A stretch of DNA of 63,745 bases, filler included. It is 3 parts of 3 records of this genome, joined end to end, with 100 filler letters (N's around TTAATTAATTAA, not from the genome) between each part and the next. Parts side by side here need not be neighbours in the genome. Positions count along the whole stretch, not along the records: positions 17,503 to 48,904 come from SRR20825019_720; 2 more parts are not named here. One strand, written 5' to 3'. The notes under the pieces were generated by a model, which was not told where the DNA came from, did no database searches, and saw only the letters and a list, made by a program, of their open reading frames with translations. This document shows, in pieces, positions 24,416 to 33,309 of this stretch (within the stretch, counting starts at the first letter, position 1; each line of letters begins with the position of its first letter). The translations under genes and the position numbers were made by a program.

Positions 24416-25218
24416 TGATTGCCACGCTCGACATGTATGATTTCCCGGAGGTCCGGGATGCGACGAATACCTGGTGGGAGGCACTGGCGCGCGGGTTTAT
24501 CGCCGAAGGCCTGACCGGGATCCCGCCTCACCGCACCCGTTTTTCCGATGAAAACGCGTCATGGTCCGCCCCCGGGCTGATCTTCACCCAGATATGCGGA
24601 TATCCACTCCGCAAGCGATATCGCGACGCGCTCCGTGTCGTAGGAACCCCGTGCTGCCGGGCGAAAGGATGTGACGGGCCACGTTACAGCAGCGTGGTAA
24701 TCGTCCAACGCGGCGCCGGGATCACCTCCGTGGAAGCGCTTGAGGGGGCACGGCTTGCTTATAACGGCGCCCTTTCCCAGTCCGGCATGAGTGCTTTCCG
24801 TGCCCTGCTCGCGGAACATGCGATCAAACCGGGCTTTTTCGGCGACGCGGTGTGCAGCCGTGGCCACCGTGCAAGCGTTTCCATGGTGTATTCGGGAGAG
24901 GCCGACACGGCCGCGATCGATTGCGTCACCTGGGCTTTGTTGCAGAAACACGCGCCGCACGAATGCGATGCGGTCGAGGTCCTGGCCTGGACTCCTGGTG
25001 CGCCGGGTCTGCCCTATGCCGTCCCCGCCAGCGCCGATGACCAAACCATCGCCGCCTATCGGCGCGGAATCGACCGGGCAATAGCCGACCCGGCCGCGCA
25101 ATCCGCCCGCGAGGCGCTCCTGATCGACGGATTCGCACCCCTGACAGATGCCGATTACGAAGAAATCGACGCCATGGAAACACGTGCCCGCGAGCGAGGA
25201 CTGCCTTCCCTCTTCTGA
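24415..25218 (+). CDS. PhnD/SsuA/transferrin-like substrate-binding-fold protein, no evident signal peptide
   Basis: YSSVVIV, LAYNGALSQSG, GHRASVSMVYSGEADTAAID; TGATG overlap with the upstream gene. Confidence 0.8.
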   Translation: MIATLDMYDFPEVRDATNTWWEALARGFIAEGLTGIPPHRTRFSDENASWSAPGLIFTQICGYPLRKRYRDALRVVGTPCCRAKGCDGPRYSSVVIVQRGAGITSVEALEGARLAYNGALSQSGMSAFRALLAEHAIKPGFFGDAVCSRGHRASVSMVYSGEADTAAIDCVTWALLQKHAPHECDAVEVLAWTPGAPGLPYAVPASADDQTIAAYRRGIDRAIADPAAQSAREALLIDGFAPLTDADYEEIDAMETRARERGLPSLF

Positions 25219-25305
25219 GCTTGTTGCCCGGCGGCTCGCGCGGCAAGATCGCCGCCGGAAAGACAACGCCACTTAAGACAGCGCCACTTGTGAGGGAGAC
25301 ACGCC

Positions 25306-26010
25306 ATGGCCATTACCTTTTACGATCTGTCCGGCAAAGACGGAGCACGGTTCAGCCCGTTCGGCTGGCGCGCCCGTATGGCTCTCGCCCACAAGGGGCT
25401 TGAGGCCGACGCTGTGGTCGAGCATGTCCGCTTCGGCGAAAAAGCCAAACTTGAATTCAGCGGGCAGAAACTGGTTCCGGTGATCAAGGATGGCGAAACA
25501 GTCGTCAACGACAGCTGGGCCATCGCCTGCTACCTGGAAGAAACCTATACGGATCGCCCGAGCCTGTTTGGTGGCGAAGCCGGACGCGGGGCCGCCAAGC
25601 TGATCAACGACTGGACCAATCGTTCCATCAACCCGTTGGTCGCCCGCTGCATCGTCCACGATGTCCTTCTGCGCTGCGACGACAGTGACGTGGAGTATTT
25701 CAAGGAGACCCGGGAAGCGCGCTTCGGCGCCGCCCTCGAGCAGATCCAGGCCGGGCGCGAAGAGGTTCTTCCAAGCCTGCATCAAGCTTTCGCACCAATC
25801 CGCACGGTTATTGAAGAACAGCCCTTCATCGGCGGCTCCAAGCCGAGCTATGCCGATTACGCACCGTTTGGCACTCTGATGTGGGCGCGGGTTTCCAGCC
25901 CGTTCGAGCTTCTGGAAGAAAGCGATCCGCTCTGGGCCTGGCGCGAACGCCTGCTCGACGCCCATGACGGAGCGGCCCGCGCCGAGCCGGTCTGCCCGAA
26001 AGCCGCCTGA
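25306..26010 (+). CDS. Glutathione S-transferase, beta-etherase (LigE)-like subfamily
   Basis: FSPFGWRARMALAHKGL, LVPVIKDG, DSWAIACYLE, YFKETREARFG, PSYADY. Confidence 0.85.
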   Translation: MAITFYDLSGKDGARFSPFGWRARMALAHKGLEADAVVEHVRFGEKAKLEFSGQKLVPVIKDGETVVNDSWAIACYLEETYTDRPSLFGGEAGRGAAKLINDWTNRSINPLVARCIVHDVLLRCDDSDVEYFKETREARFGAALEQIQAGREEVLPSLHQAFAPIRTVIEEQPFIGGSKPSYADYAPFGTLMWARVSSPFELLEESDPLWAWRERLLDAHDGAARAEPVCPKAA

Positions 26011-26039
26011 TCACCTCACGAGCCCGGAAAACCAGCATC

Positions 26040-26588
26040 ATGTCACGTGTACCCGCCCTCAAACCCGAGGATATGTCCGATGCGCAACGGACAATCCACG
26101 ATGCCATCGTCAATGGCCCCCGTGGCCGCGTCGAAGGTCCGCTGAAAATCTGGCTACATAGCCCTGCCCTGGCCGACAAGGCACAACAGCTCGGCCAGTT
26201 CGCCCGGTTCGACAGCTCACTCGAGCCACGGCTTTCCGAACTCGCCATTATGGTCACCGGCCGGTTCTGGGGCGCCCAGTTCGAATGGTCCGTCCACAAG
26301 CCCTTCGCTCTGAAGGCGGGCATCTCGGAAGAAATTCTGGACGCCATTCGGGACAGAAAAACGCCGTCCTTCAAGAAGACGGACGAACGGATCGTCCATG
26401 ACGTCTCCCGCGCCCTGCATGAAACCCACAGGATCGGCGATGCTCTTTATGCCGAAGCGGTCGACGTACTGGGGCAGCAGCAGGTGATCGATCTTGTCGG
26501 TCTGCTTGGCTATTACACACTGATTTCCATGACGATCAACGCCTTCGAGGTTCCGCTGGAAGGTGATCAAATCGCCGAACTCGACTGA
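26040..26588 (+). CDS. Carboxymuconolactone decarboxylase (CMD/AhpD-like) family protein
   Basis: GPLKIWLHSP, LSELAIMVTGR, FEWSVH, DLVGLLGYYT. Confidence 0.85.
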   Translation: MSRVPALKPEDMSDAQRTIHDAIVNGPRGRVEGPLKIWLHSPALADKAQQLGQFARFDSSLEPRLSELAIMVTGRFWGAQFEWSVHKPFALKAGISEEILDAIRDRKTPSFKKTDERIVHDVSRALHETHRIGDALYAEAVDVLGQQQVIDLVGLLGYYTLISMTINAFEVPLEGDQIAELD

Positions 26589-26602
26589 TTTCAGGGCTTT
26601 TT

Positions 26603-26630
26603 CGGGGCGCGCATGAAAATGTGCGCCCCG
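26603..26630. terminator. GC-rich hairpin after the CMD gene (putative terminator)
   Basis: cggggcgcgcat-gaaa-atgtgcgccccg. Confidence 0.55.
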
Positions 26631-26686
26631 CATCACAGCAAAAACCATTATTTTAAAAATGAATTATTTTTCGATTTTAGAAGCGG

Positions 26687-26702
26687 TTAACGTTGCGTTA
26701 AC
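26687..26702 (+). promoter_or_regulatory. Candidate CtrA binding site (TTAA-N7-TTAAC)
   Basis: TTAA CGTTGCG TTAAC, an exact consensus match within the palindrome GGTTAAC-N5-GTTAACC in AT-rich intergenic DNA. Confidence 0.6.
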
Positions 26703-26747
26703 CACAACCTCACGATACCATTGTCACCATTGAGTAGGAGAGTATAT

Positions 26748-26837
26748 ATGATAACTCTTGCGATGGTGATAGTGACCTGGTGCGTGGTCGCCCTTGTCGG
26801 CGGCGTTCTTCTTGGGCGCGGTATCCGCGAAAACTAA
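26748..26837 (+). CDS. Small membrane protein, 29 aa (MITLAMVIVTWCVVALVGGVLLGRGIREN)
   Basis: AGGAGA RBS shortly before ATG; single hydrophobic helix followed by basic residues; below the ORF-track length cutoff. Confidence 0.65.
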   Translation: MITLAMVIVTWCVVALVGGVLLGRGIREN

Positions 26838-26940
26838 GAGCGATTTTATTTCAGAGCTTTGCTTGCCTGAATTCCAGCTCCGCTTGCGGATTCCAGTAAC
26901 GCTTCCCCAGCCTCTGTTTCCTGAATCGGTAAGCTTTCGA

Positions 26941-27867
26941 TCAGAGCGGTCCGGCCCTTAAAACAACTTCGATTCCAATGATAATCGCCGTCAGCATCGC
27001 AAGATAGATGACGAACTGCGCGTGATCCTCGCCATCGATCACCACCTTGCGCAAGCGCGCACCGAAAATATCGAACAGTGAAACCGTCGCCAGAATGATC
27101 AACAGGATCGCGGCGCCTGATCCGTAATCGAATCCCCGCAACGCTTCCGACAGGGACATACCGATGCCGCCGGCACCAACGATGCCAAGAACCGTGGCCG
27201 AGCGCACATTTGCCTCGAACCGATAGAGCGAAAAGGAAATCCAGAGCGGCAGGACCTGCGGGATAACACCGAAGACAATTTCATGCAGGCTCGTGGCCCC
27301 GGTCGCCCGGATACCTTCGACCGGGCGCGGATCGATGGCTTCAACGGCTTCGGAAAAGAGCTTGGCGAGCGTCCCTGTCGTATGAATGGCCAGCGCCAGC
27401 ACTCCGGCAAGCGGGCCAAGCCCGACAGCGGCAACAAAAACCAGCGCAAAGACCAACTCATTGATCGCCCTGAAAGCATCCATTAGGCGCCGCACCGGAA
27501 AACTGAGCCAGGCCGGCGCCAGGTTTGACGATGCCATCAGACCAAAGGGGACTGCGAACACGACCGAGAGGAACGACCCCCAGACCGCCATCTGCACGGT
27601 TTCCAGCATCAGGTCGAGATAACTCCGCCAGTAACGGAAATTGGGCTCCAGAAAATCGGACAGCAGCATCGCCATGTTACTGCCGCCGCTGAACACATCC
27701 CCGATACGGTTCATGTCCGACGGCACGAAGCTCCAGACCAGCATGATCAGGAAAGTGCCCCAGAGCAGGTAGTCGAACGCCTGCTCCTGGCGGCCACGGC
27801 CGGGCACGACGATGTCCTCCAGGCGGGGCTGGGTTCCGTTGGCGGCACTATTATTCATGGCTGACAC
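26941..27867 (-). CDS. phnE: Phosphonate ABC transporter permease
   Basis: RAINELVFAL, GTLAKLFSEAVEAIDPRPVEG, LYRFEANVRSATVLGIVGAGGIG. Confidence 0.95.
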   Translation of the reverse strand: MSAMNNSAANGTQPRLEDIVVPGRGRQEQAFDYLLWGTFLIMLVWSFVPSDMNRIGDVFSGGSNMAMLLSDFLEPNFRYWRSYLDLMLETVQMAVWGSFLSVVFAVPFGLMASSNLAPAWLSFPVRRLMDAFRAINELVFALVFVAAVGLGPLAGVLALAIHTTGTLAKLFSEAVEAIDPRPVEGIRATGATSLHEIVFGVIPQVLPLWISFSLYRFEANVRSATVLGIVGAGGIGMSLSEALRGFDYGSGAAILLIILATVSLFDIFGARLRKVVIDGEDHAQFVIYLAMLTAIIIGIEVVLRAGPL

Positions 27868-27893
27868 TCATGGGACTTGGTTCCCGAAAAGAA

Positions 27894-27915
27894 GCGGGGG
27901 CCACGTGGCCCCCGC
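27894..27915 (-). terminator. Hairpin between phnD and phnE (terminator or mRNA stabiliser)
   Basis: Perfect palindrome gcgggggccacgtggcccccgc followed on the minus strand by TTCTTTT. Confidence 0.6.
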
Positions 27916-27951
27916 ATATCGGCCCGGCGAAACACCGGACCAGGATCTGGG

Positions 27952-28968
27952 TTACTTGCGAGGGCGAGCCTCGGCGGCGCGCCGGATATCCGCGATCTTT
28001 TCGTCGATCTTGGCGATCTTCTCTTTCTTCTCGGACTGGGAGAAAGTGTCGTCACCCTCGATGGACATGCGCTGACGGATTTGGTCCATCTCATAGAACG
28101 GCCAGAGCTGGGCATTCGAGGACGGCACGAACGGGCCCATATCGATCATGGCGAGGATTTCACGCGCCTTGGTCACTTCCGCATCGCTGCCGAGGCGGCC
28201 ATAAGTCATGAAAAAGCTCATGATCTTGGCTTTCAGACCCTTGTTCAGCTCCGGGCGCCAGGCCATCGGATCGGACGCGATCAGCGGGGAGCGCCAGATT
28301 TCCTTGATCTCGGCAAACAGTTCCGGTTTGGCAAATTTCAGACGCTTGTAGAGACCACCGGAGGACGCAACGGCCGCATCGACTTGCTTGGTCGCGACGG
28401 AGATCAGGTTGGTCTCATGGTTTGCATTGCGGACAATCTTGAAGCACTCCTTCGGATCAACGCCTTCCTTGGCGAAGATGAAGGTAGACGGCACCAGGAA
28501 GCCCGAGGTTGAGTTCGGATCGCCAAGGCCAAAATTCAGGCTCTTGTCGCACTTCATGACGTCTTCGTAGCTCAGGCCCGAATCCTTGTGCGTGACCATG
28601 ACCGACCAGTAACCCTGATCGCCGTTGGATTCGGTTGTCTGCGCGAAAATTTCGGCGCCGGCGCGGTCAACGGCGACCATGCCGGACTTGTTGCCGTACC
28701 AGGCGATATCGACTTTGTCGAAGCGCATCGCCTCGATCACACCCGCATAGTCGGCCGCGAAGAACGGCTTCACCGGCATACCGATATCCGCTTCGAGCGC
28801 CTGCAGAAACGGCCCCCACTTCTCGCGCTGGGCGGAGCTGTTCTCCGTCGCGATGATACCGAAATTGATTTCCTTCGGGTCTTCGCGATCGGCAAAGGCA
28901 GGCATGGCGCTTGTCGCGAGGCCGGTTGCCAGAACCGCAGCGGCGGTCAGGCGGGTGAAGATGGTCAT
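27952..28968 (-). CDS. phnD: Phosphonate ABC transporter substrate-binding protein
   Basis: Signal peptide; DYAGVIEAMRF, AWYGNKS, GDPNSTSGFLVP, NHE. Confidence 0.95.
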   Translation of the reverse strand: MTIFTRLTAAAVLATGLATSAMPAFADREDPKEINFGIIATENSSAQREKWGPFLQALEADIGMPVKPFFAADYAGVIEAMRFDKVDIAWYGNKSGMVAVDRAGAEIFAQTTESNGDQGYWSVMVTHKDSGLSYEDVMKCDKSLNFGLGDPNSTSGFLVPSTFIFAKEGVDPKECFKIVRNANHETNLISVATKQVDAAVASSGGLYKRLKFAKPELFAEIKEIWRSPLIASDPMAWRPELNKGLKAKIMSFFMTYGRLGSDAEVTKAREILAMIDMGPFVPSSNAQLWPFYEMDQIRQRMSIEGDDTFSQSEKKEKIAKIDEKIADIRRAAEARPRK

Positions 28969-29001
28969 GGGATCAGCTCCTCTTGATGCTGGGAAATAGG
29001 C

Positions 29002-29862
29002 TCAGGCGAATGCGGGCAGTCGCTGTTCCGCCGTCTCGTGTGCCTCCGCGAAATCCTCGGCATCGGGGAGGATCAGCTCTTCACTGGCCTCGCCGTAGAT
29101 TTCGCGGAGAAAAGCAGTGGTGAGATCGTGGGACGGACCGTCGAAAACGACCCGGCCGTCCCGCATGGCGATGGTGCGCTTGCAGTAGCGCCGCGCATAT
29201 TCGACTTGATGCAACGAGACGAGCACGGCTGTGCCTTCCGTCCGATTGATATCGGACAGGGTTTCCATCACACGGCGGGCCGAAGCGGGATCAAGGGAGG
29301 CAATCGGCTCGTCGGCGAGAATGGCTTCGGATTCCTGCACCAGGCAGCGGGCAATAGCCGCGCGCTGCTGCTGCCCGCCGGAGAGCGTCGCCGCACGTTG
29401 CCGCGCCGTCGCCGCGATGCCGACCCGGGCGAGCGCCTGCATGGCCCGCTGTTTTTCCAGATGGGAGAACTGCATGAGAACGCCGCGCCATTTCGGCATC
29501 CTGCCAAGACGGCCAGCCAGCACATTGGTCAGCACCGTGAGACGCGGCACCAGATTGAATTGCTGGAAGATGACCCCGAGACGACGACGCACTTGCGACA
29601 CATCGCCTGTCAGGCGGCCACCGGCCTGCACCTGATCGCCGAATACCGCAATCTCGCCCCCATCATTGCCCTTGTTGGCAACGATCAGGCCGCCGATATG
29701 CCGGATCAATGTGGACTTGCCGGACCCGGAAGCGCCAATCAACGCCACCATCTCGCCTGCGGCAAGCTGAACGGAAACCCCGTCCAGCGCCTTGCGCCCG
29801 TTCGGAAATGTTTTGCAGACGTTCGTGACCTGAATAACAGGCTGGCTCTGAGTATGTGACAT
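29002..29862 (-). CDS. phnC: Phosphonate ABC transporter ATP-binding protein
   Basis: [48 protein letters not shown]. Confidence 0.95.
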   Translation of the reverse strand: MSHTQSQPVIQVTNVCKTFPNGRKALDGVSVQLAAGEMVALIGASGSGKSTLIRHIGGLIVANKGNDGGEIAVFGDQVQAGGRLTGDVSQVRRRLGVIFQQFNLVPRLTVLTNVLAGRLGRMPKWRGVLMQFSHLEKQRAMQALARVGIAATARQRAATLSGGQQQRAAIARCLVQESEAILADEPIASLDPASARRVMETLSDINRTEGTAVLVSLHQVEYARRYCKRTIAMRDGRVVFDGPSHDLTTAFLREIYGEASEELILPDAEDFAEAHETAEQRLPAFA

Positions 29863-29923
29863 GCGGCCCCTTCCCAAGGGCCGCGACATTACTCAGAAGC
29901 GTTGACCGGCACACCGCAACATC

Positions 29924-29952
29924 ATGACGGTTTCAGGACTCCTGCGAGACTC
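29924..29952 (-). promoter_or_regulatory. Possible degenerate Pho box upstream of phnC
   Basis: Minus strand GAGTCTC-N4-GAGTCCT-N4-CCGTCAT with 11-bp spacing; only one half-site is close to CTGTCAT. Confidence 0.3.
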
Positions 29953-29989
29953 TAAACCCACAAAATGACACAAAAGAGTCTCCGTCCCG

Positions 29990-30439
29990 TCATGCCCGGC
30001 AGGACACGATCTGCGGGCACTCCATTGTCATCACCGCTTCGCCATCCTGATTGAAGGTGGTGTATTTGAACCGCACGAAGCCCCTGTCCGGTTTCGAGCG
30101 AGACTGGCGTTTCTCCAACACCTCCATCTCGACGCTCAGCGTATCGCCCGGCCGCACCGGTTTCAGCCAGTTCAGCTGATCGATGGTCCCGGCGCCGAGA
30201 TTGGTGGCCTGCAGCCCGTTCGCCTGCCAGGCCAGTCGGAAACTGACGGCAAGGGTCTGGAAGCCACTGGAGATGATCCCACCGAACGGACTTTCCTCCG
30301 CGTCGGGAACGCTGACATGGAAGGGTTGCGGGTCGTACTTCCAGGCAAAATCGATGATCTCGGATTCCGTCATGGTCTTACGCTGGGAGCGGAGGACCTG
30401 GCCGATTTCCAGGTCCTCAAAATAGACAGGCGCCTGCAT
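29990..30439 (-). CDS. MaoC-family dehydratase
   Basis: YFEDLEIG, DPQPFH, IISSGFQT, WLKPVRPGDTL. Confidence 0.92.
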   Translation of the reverse strand: MQAPVYFEDLEIGQVLRSQRKTMTESEIIDFAWKYDPQPFHVSVPDAEESPFGGIISSGFQTLAVSFRLAWQANGLQATNLGAGTIDQLNWLKPVRPGDTLSVEMEVLEKRQSRSKPDRGFVRFKYTTFNQDGEAVMTMECPQIVSCRA

Positions 30440-30443
30440 CCGG

Positions 30444-31508
30444 TTAGCCCCGGAGCACGGCGGCGATGGCGTCGCCAAGATCCGTGGTGCTGGCCTGACC
30501 GCCAAGATCGGGAGTCTTCGGTCCACCTCCGGAGATCACCGTCTCACATGCCGCGACGATGGCATCGGCCGCTTCCTGATGGCCGTGATGCTCCAGCAGC
30601 ATGGCGCCGGACCAGATCTGACCGATCGGGTTGGCGATCCCCTTGCCGGCGATGTCCGGAGCCGAGCCATGCACCGGCTCGAACATGGAGGGATACTTCT
30701 TCTCCGGATTGATGTTCGCGGACGGCGCGATGGCTATGGAACCGGCAACGGCCGGGCCGAGATCGGACAGGATATCACCAAACAGGTTGGAGCCGACAAC
30801 GACGTCGAACCAGTCCGGATGCAGCACGAAATTCGCGACCAGAATGTCGATATGATACTGGTCCGTCGCGAGGTCCGGATATTCCTTGGAAATCGCCGCG
30901 AAGCGCTCGTCCCAATAAGGCATGGTGTGGATGATGCCGTTGGACTTGGTCGCTGATGTCACCTTCTTCTTGCCCGTGCGTTGGCACAGCTCGAAGGCAT
31001 AGCGCATGATCCGGTCGGTACCGGTCCGGGTGAAGACGCTTTCCTGCATCGCCATCTCGCGATCCGTGCCTTCGAACAGACGCCCGCCGATGGACGAGTA
31101 TTCGCCCTCGTTATTCTCCCGCACGACATAGAAGTCGATATCCTCCGAAGTTCGGCCAGCCAGCGGACAGGACATACCCTTCAGCATACGGATCGGGCGC
31201 AGGTTCACATACTGCTCCATCTCCCGGCGGATCGGGATCAGCAAGCCCCAGAGCGAAACGTGGTCCGGCACGCCCGGGAACCCAACGGCGCCAAGAAAGA
31301 TCGAGTCGAATTCCTTTAATTGATCGATGCCGTCTTCCGGCATCATCTGGCCGGTCTTGTGATAGCGCTCGCAGCTCCAGTCGAATTCGGTAAAATCATA
31401 CTCAATGCCGAACTTCGCCCCGGCCGCCTCCAACACCTTGATGCCTTCCGGGATCACTTCCCAGCCGATCCCGTCTCCGGGAATGACAGCGATTTTGATT
31501 TTCGACAT
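30444..31508 (-). CDS. ttuC: Tartrate dehydrogenase / D-malate dehydrogenase (decarboxylating)
   Basis: IPGDGIG, VPDHVSLWGLLIPIRR, SATKSNGI, SNLFGDILSDL, FEPVHGSAPDIAGKGIANPIG. Confidence 0.92.
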   Translation of the reverse strand: MSKIKIAVIPGDGIGWEVIPEGIKVLEAAGAKFGIEYDFTEFDWSCERYHKTGQMMPEDGIDQLKEFDSIFLGAVGFPGVPDHVSLWGLLIPIRREMEQYVNLRPIRMLKGMSCPLAGRTSEDIDFYVVRENNEGEYSSIGGRLFEGTDREMAMQESVFTRTGTDRIMRYAFELCQRTGKKKVTSATKSNGIIHTMPYWDERFAAISKEYPDLATDQYHIDILVANFVLHPDWFDVVVGSNLFGDILSDLGPAVAGSIAIAPSANINPEKKYPSMFEPVHGSAPDIAGKGIANPIGQIWSGAMLLEHHGHQEAADAIVAACETVISGGGPKTPDLGGQASTTDLGDAIAAVLRG

Positions 31509-31654
31509 TGGGTTTTTCCTCCGCCCATCTGATTTCTTGGCGCGCATGATAGGCGGAGGAGGCTTCTTGTCAAAAGAGGTGCAGACGCAATGTCTGTTTT
31601 TCCCAAACCCGGCAAACGGACCGGTTCAAAAGATGCAGCGGATTTCGCCTTGGT

Positions 31655-32917
31655 CTATTCCCCGTGTGCCTTGAGCAGCGCTCTTGTTTCAGGAGCCTTG
31701 ATAAACTTTTCGTAAAGCGCGGCCTCTGTCTTTGGAGCGCTGTTCTTTTTGCCACCGAAAAGGCTGGGCTTCTTTTTGTAATAAGCAGCGAAGTAATTGT
31801 TCATGAACTGGGTACGGGAAGAACCCGAGCGGTGCTCATGTTTGGTCTCTTCTTTCAAACCTTCAACACCATCCGTCATCGAACTGAAAAGACCACCGGA
31901 CTTGGCATCATCTCCCGTCTCGCTGCTACCTGCGGTGAGGAACCCGAAAAATGCATTGCCGCTTTCTTTCTGGCCATCCGAAGACGCGTTCGTTCCACCA
32001 CCAGATTTTTCGGCGAGCTGAATTTTCTGGTTCGCCCCTTCCGCAGCCAAGCGCGCGGACTGAACTGTGGGGCCATCACTTTCCCAAGCGCTAACGGTTC
32101 CCAGCGCTGACGTCACCGAAGCCCCACCATAGCCGCAGCCACGCACTATATCCGCGCCAAGCATATCAGCCTGATCCTCCTGGAAACGTTTGGCTACATT
32201 TTCCAAGCGCCGATCAAATCCGACCTCGTCACCCATTGCCCGGCTGACAGCACCACCAACCGTCTTGAAGCCCGAGAGAAGCCCGCCTCCAATGCTGCCC
32301 AGCATACCTCCACCGGATGAATCTGAATCTGCTGCACTTCGCGCCACATCCCCTATCGGGTCGATAGAGTGTTGCATGATCACATGCGCATATTCGTGAC
32401 TGATAAAGAACAGAAGGTGTCGAGGGTCTTTCGTTTTGCTGAATAATCGCGGATCGACCAGAATAATTCCGCTTTTCCGAGCCTCCAGCAAAAGACTGGT
32501 ATCAGTCGGCAATCTATCGCGCTTGTGAGCAATGCGGAACTCTACCGGGACTTTCGGTATGTCTTCCTTTACGCGCGCTAGGCAGCCCTGCAGGAGATTA
32601 CTCAAAAAAGCTTCTGCGACTGGTGCCTTCAGAACCACGATACTCTGTTTGGCTATATCGATTTCGTCTTCGGCGCGACGTGCCTGCAAGGCAGCCGGGC
32701 TGAGATCATGGCGGGAGAACATCTCCGGGTAGATCCGGATCATGCGGTCCTCGGGAAGCTCCTGATCCATCAACTCCATGCTCGTTGTGCCGTCCTTATT
32801 TTTGACCTCGAGCCACTTGAAGCCACTATTCTCATCAATGAAGTAGTTCTTATCCTCCGCTGCGGCTGGAACAGCCGCGAGCATCAGAATGGCCAGCGCC
32901 ACACCGACGGTCCTCAT
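31655..32917 (-). CDS. Secreted M48-like zinc metallopeptidase
   Basis: Signal peptide MRTVGVALAILMLAAVPAAA; SHEYAHV; downstream QEDQADMLG; ATGA overlap with the upstream gene. Confidence 0.75.
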   Translation of the reverse strand: MRTVGVALAILMLAAVPAAAEDKNYFIDENSGFKWLEVKNKDGTTSMELMDQELPEDRMIRIYPEMFSRHDLSPAALQARRAEDEIDIAKQSIVVLKAPVAEAFLSNLLQGCLARVKEDIPKVPVEFRIAHKRDRLPTDTSLLLEARKSGIILVDPRLFSKTKDPRHLLFFISHEYAHVIMQHSIDPIGDVARSAADSDSSGGGMLGSIGGGLLSGFKTVGGAVSRAMGDEVGFDRRLENVAKRFQEDQADMLGADIVRGCGYGGASVTSALGTVSAWESDGPTVQSARLAAEGANQKIQLAEKSGGGTNASSDGQKESGNAFFGFLTAGSSETGDDAKSGGLFSSMTDGVEGLKEETKHEHRSGSSRTQFMNNYFAAYYKKKPSLFGGKKNSAPKTEAALYEKFIKAPETRALLKAHGE

Positions 32918-33309
32918 TTCGTGCACCCTGCGCCAAAACCTCGCCCGGTACCGCCCGAACCAGCGGCGACGGATGAGACCTGCGTCCGGCATTTTTTCTG
33001 AAACTCGGCGTCGAGGTTAGTCTCAACATCCTCGGAACGAATAAGGAATTTTTTTCCCCCATCAATTTGAATTTCATAGGCCGCGCCGTCGGCTATCGAA
33101 TCCAGAATTGATATTTTTTTGCCTTCCAGCTCAATGCGAAGAAGCGCACCCGCCGGCTCCTGGGTATCCAAATCAAACAGGTCCAGTTGCGGCGGCAGGA
33201 TCTTGGTCACGCTCGTGGGTGTGTCTGCTGAGGCCCAATTTACTATAACCACACCTGCAAGCAACATCACAGCAAGCCCAAAGGTTTTGAAATAACGCAA
33301 GAAATTCAT
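32914..33309 (-). CDS. Hypothetical secreted protein with a C-terminal Cys pair flanking a Gly-rich stretch
   Basis: Signal-peptide-like N-terminus; ends KCRTQVSSVAAGSGGTGRGFGAGCTK; ATGA overlaps on both sides. Confidence 0.8.
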   Translation of the reverse strand: MNFLRYFKTFGLAVMLLAGVVIVNWASADTPTSVTKILPPQLDLFDLDTQEPAGALLRIELEGKKISILDSIADGAAYEIQIDGGKKFLIRSEDVETNLDAEFQKKCRTQVSSVAAGSGGTGRGFGAGCTK

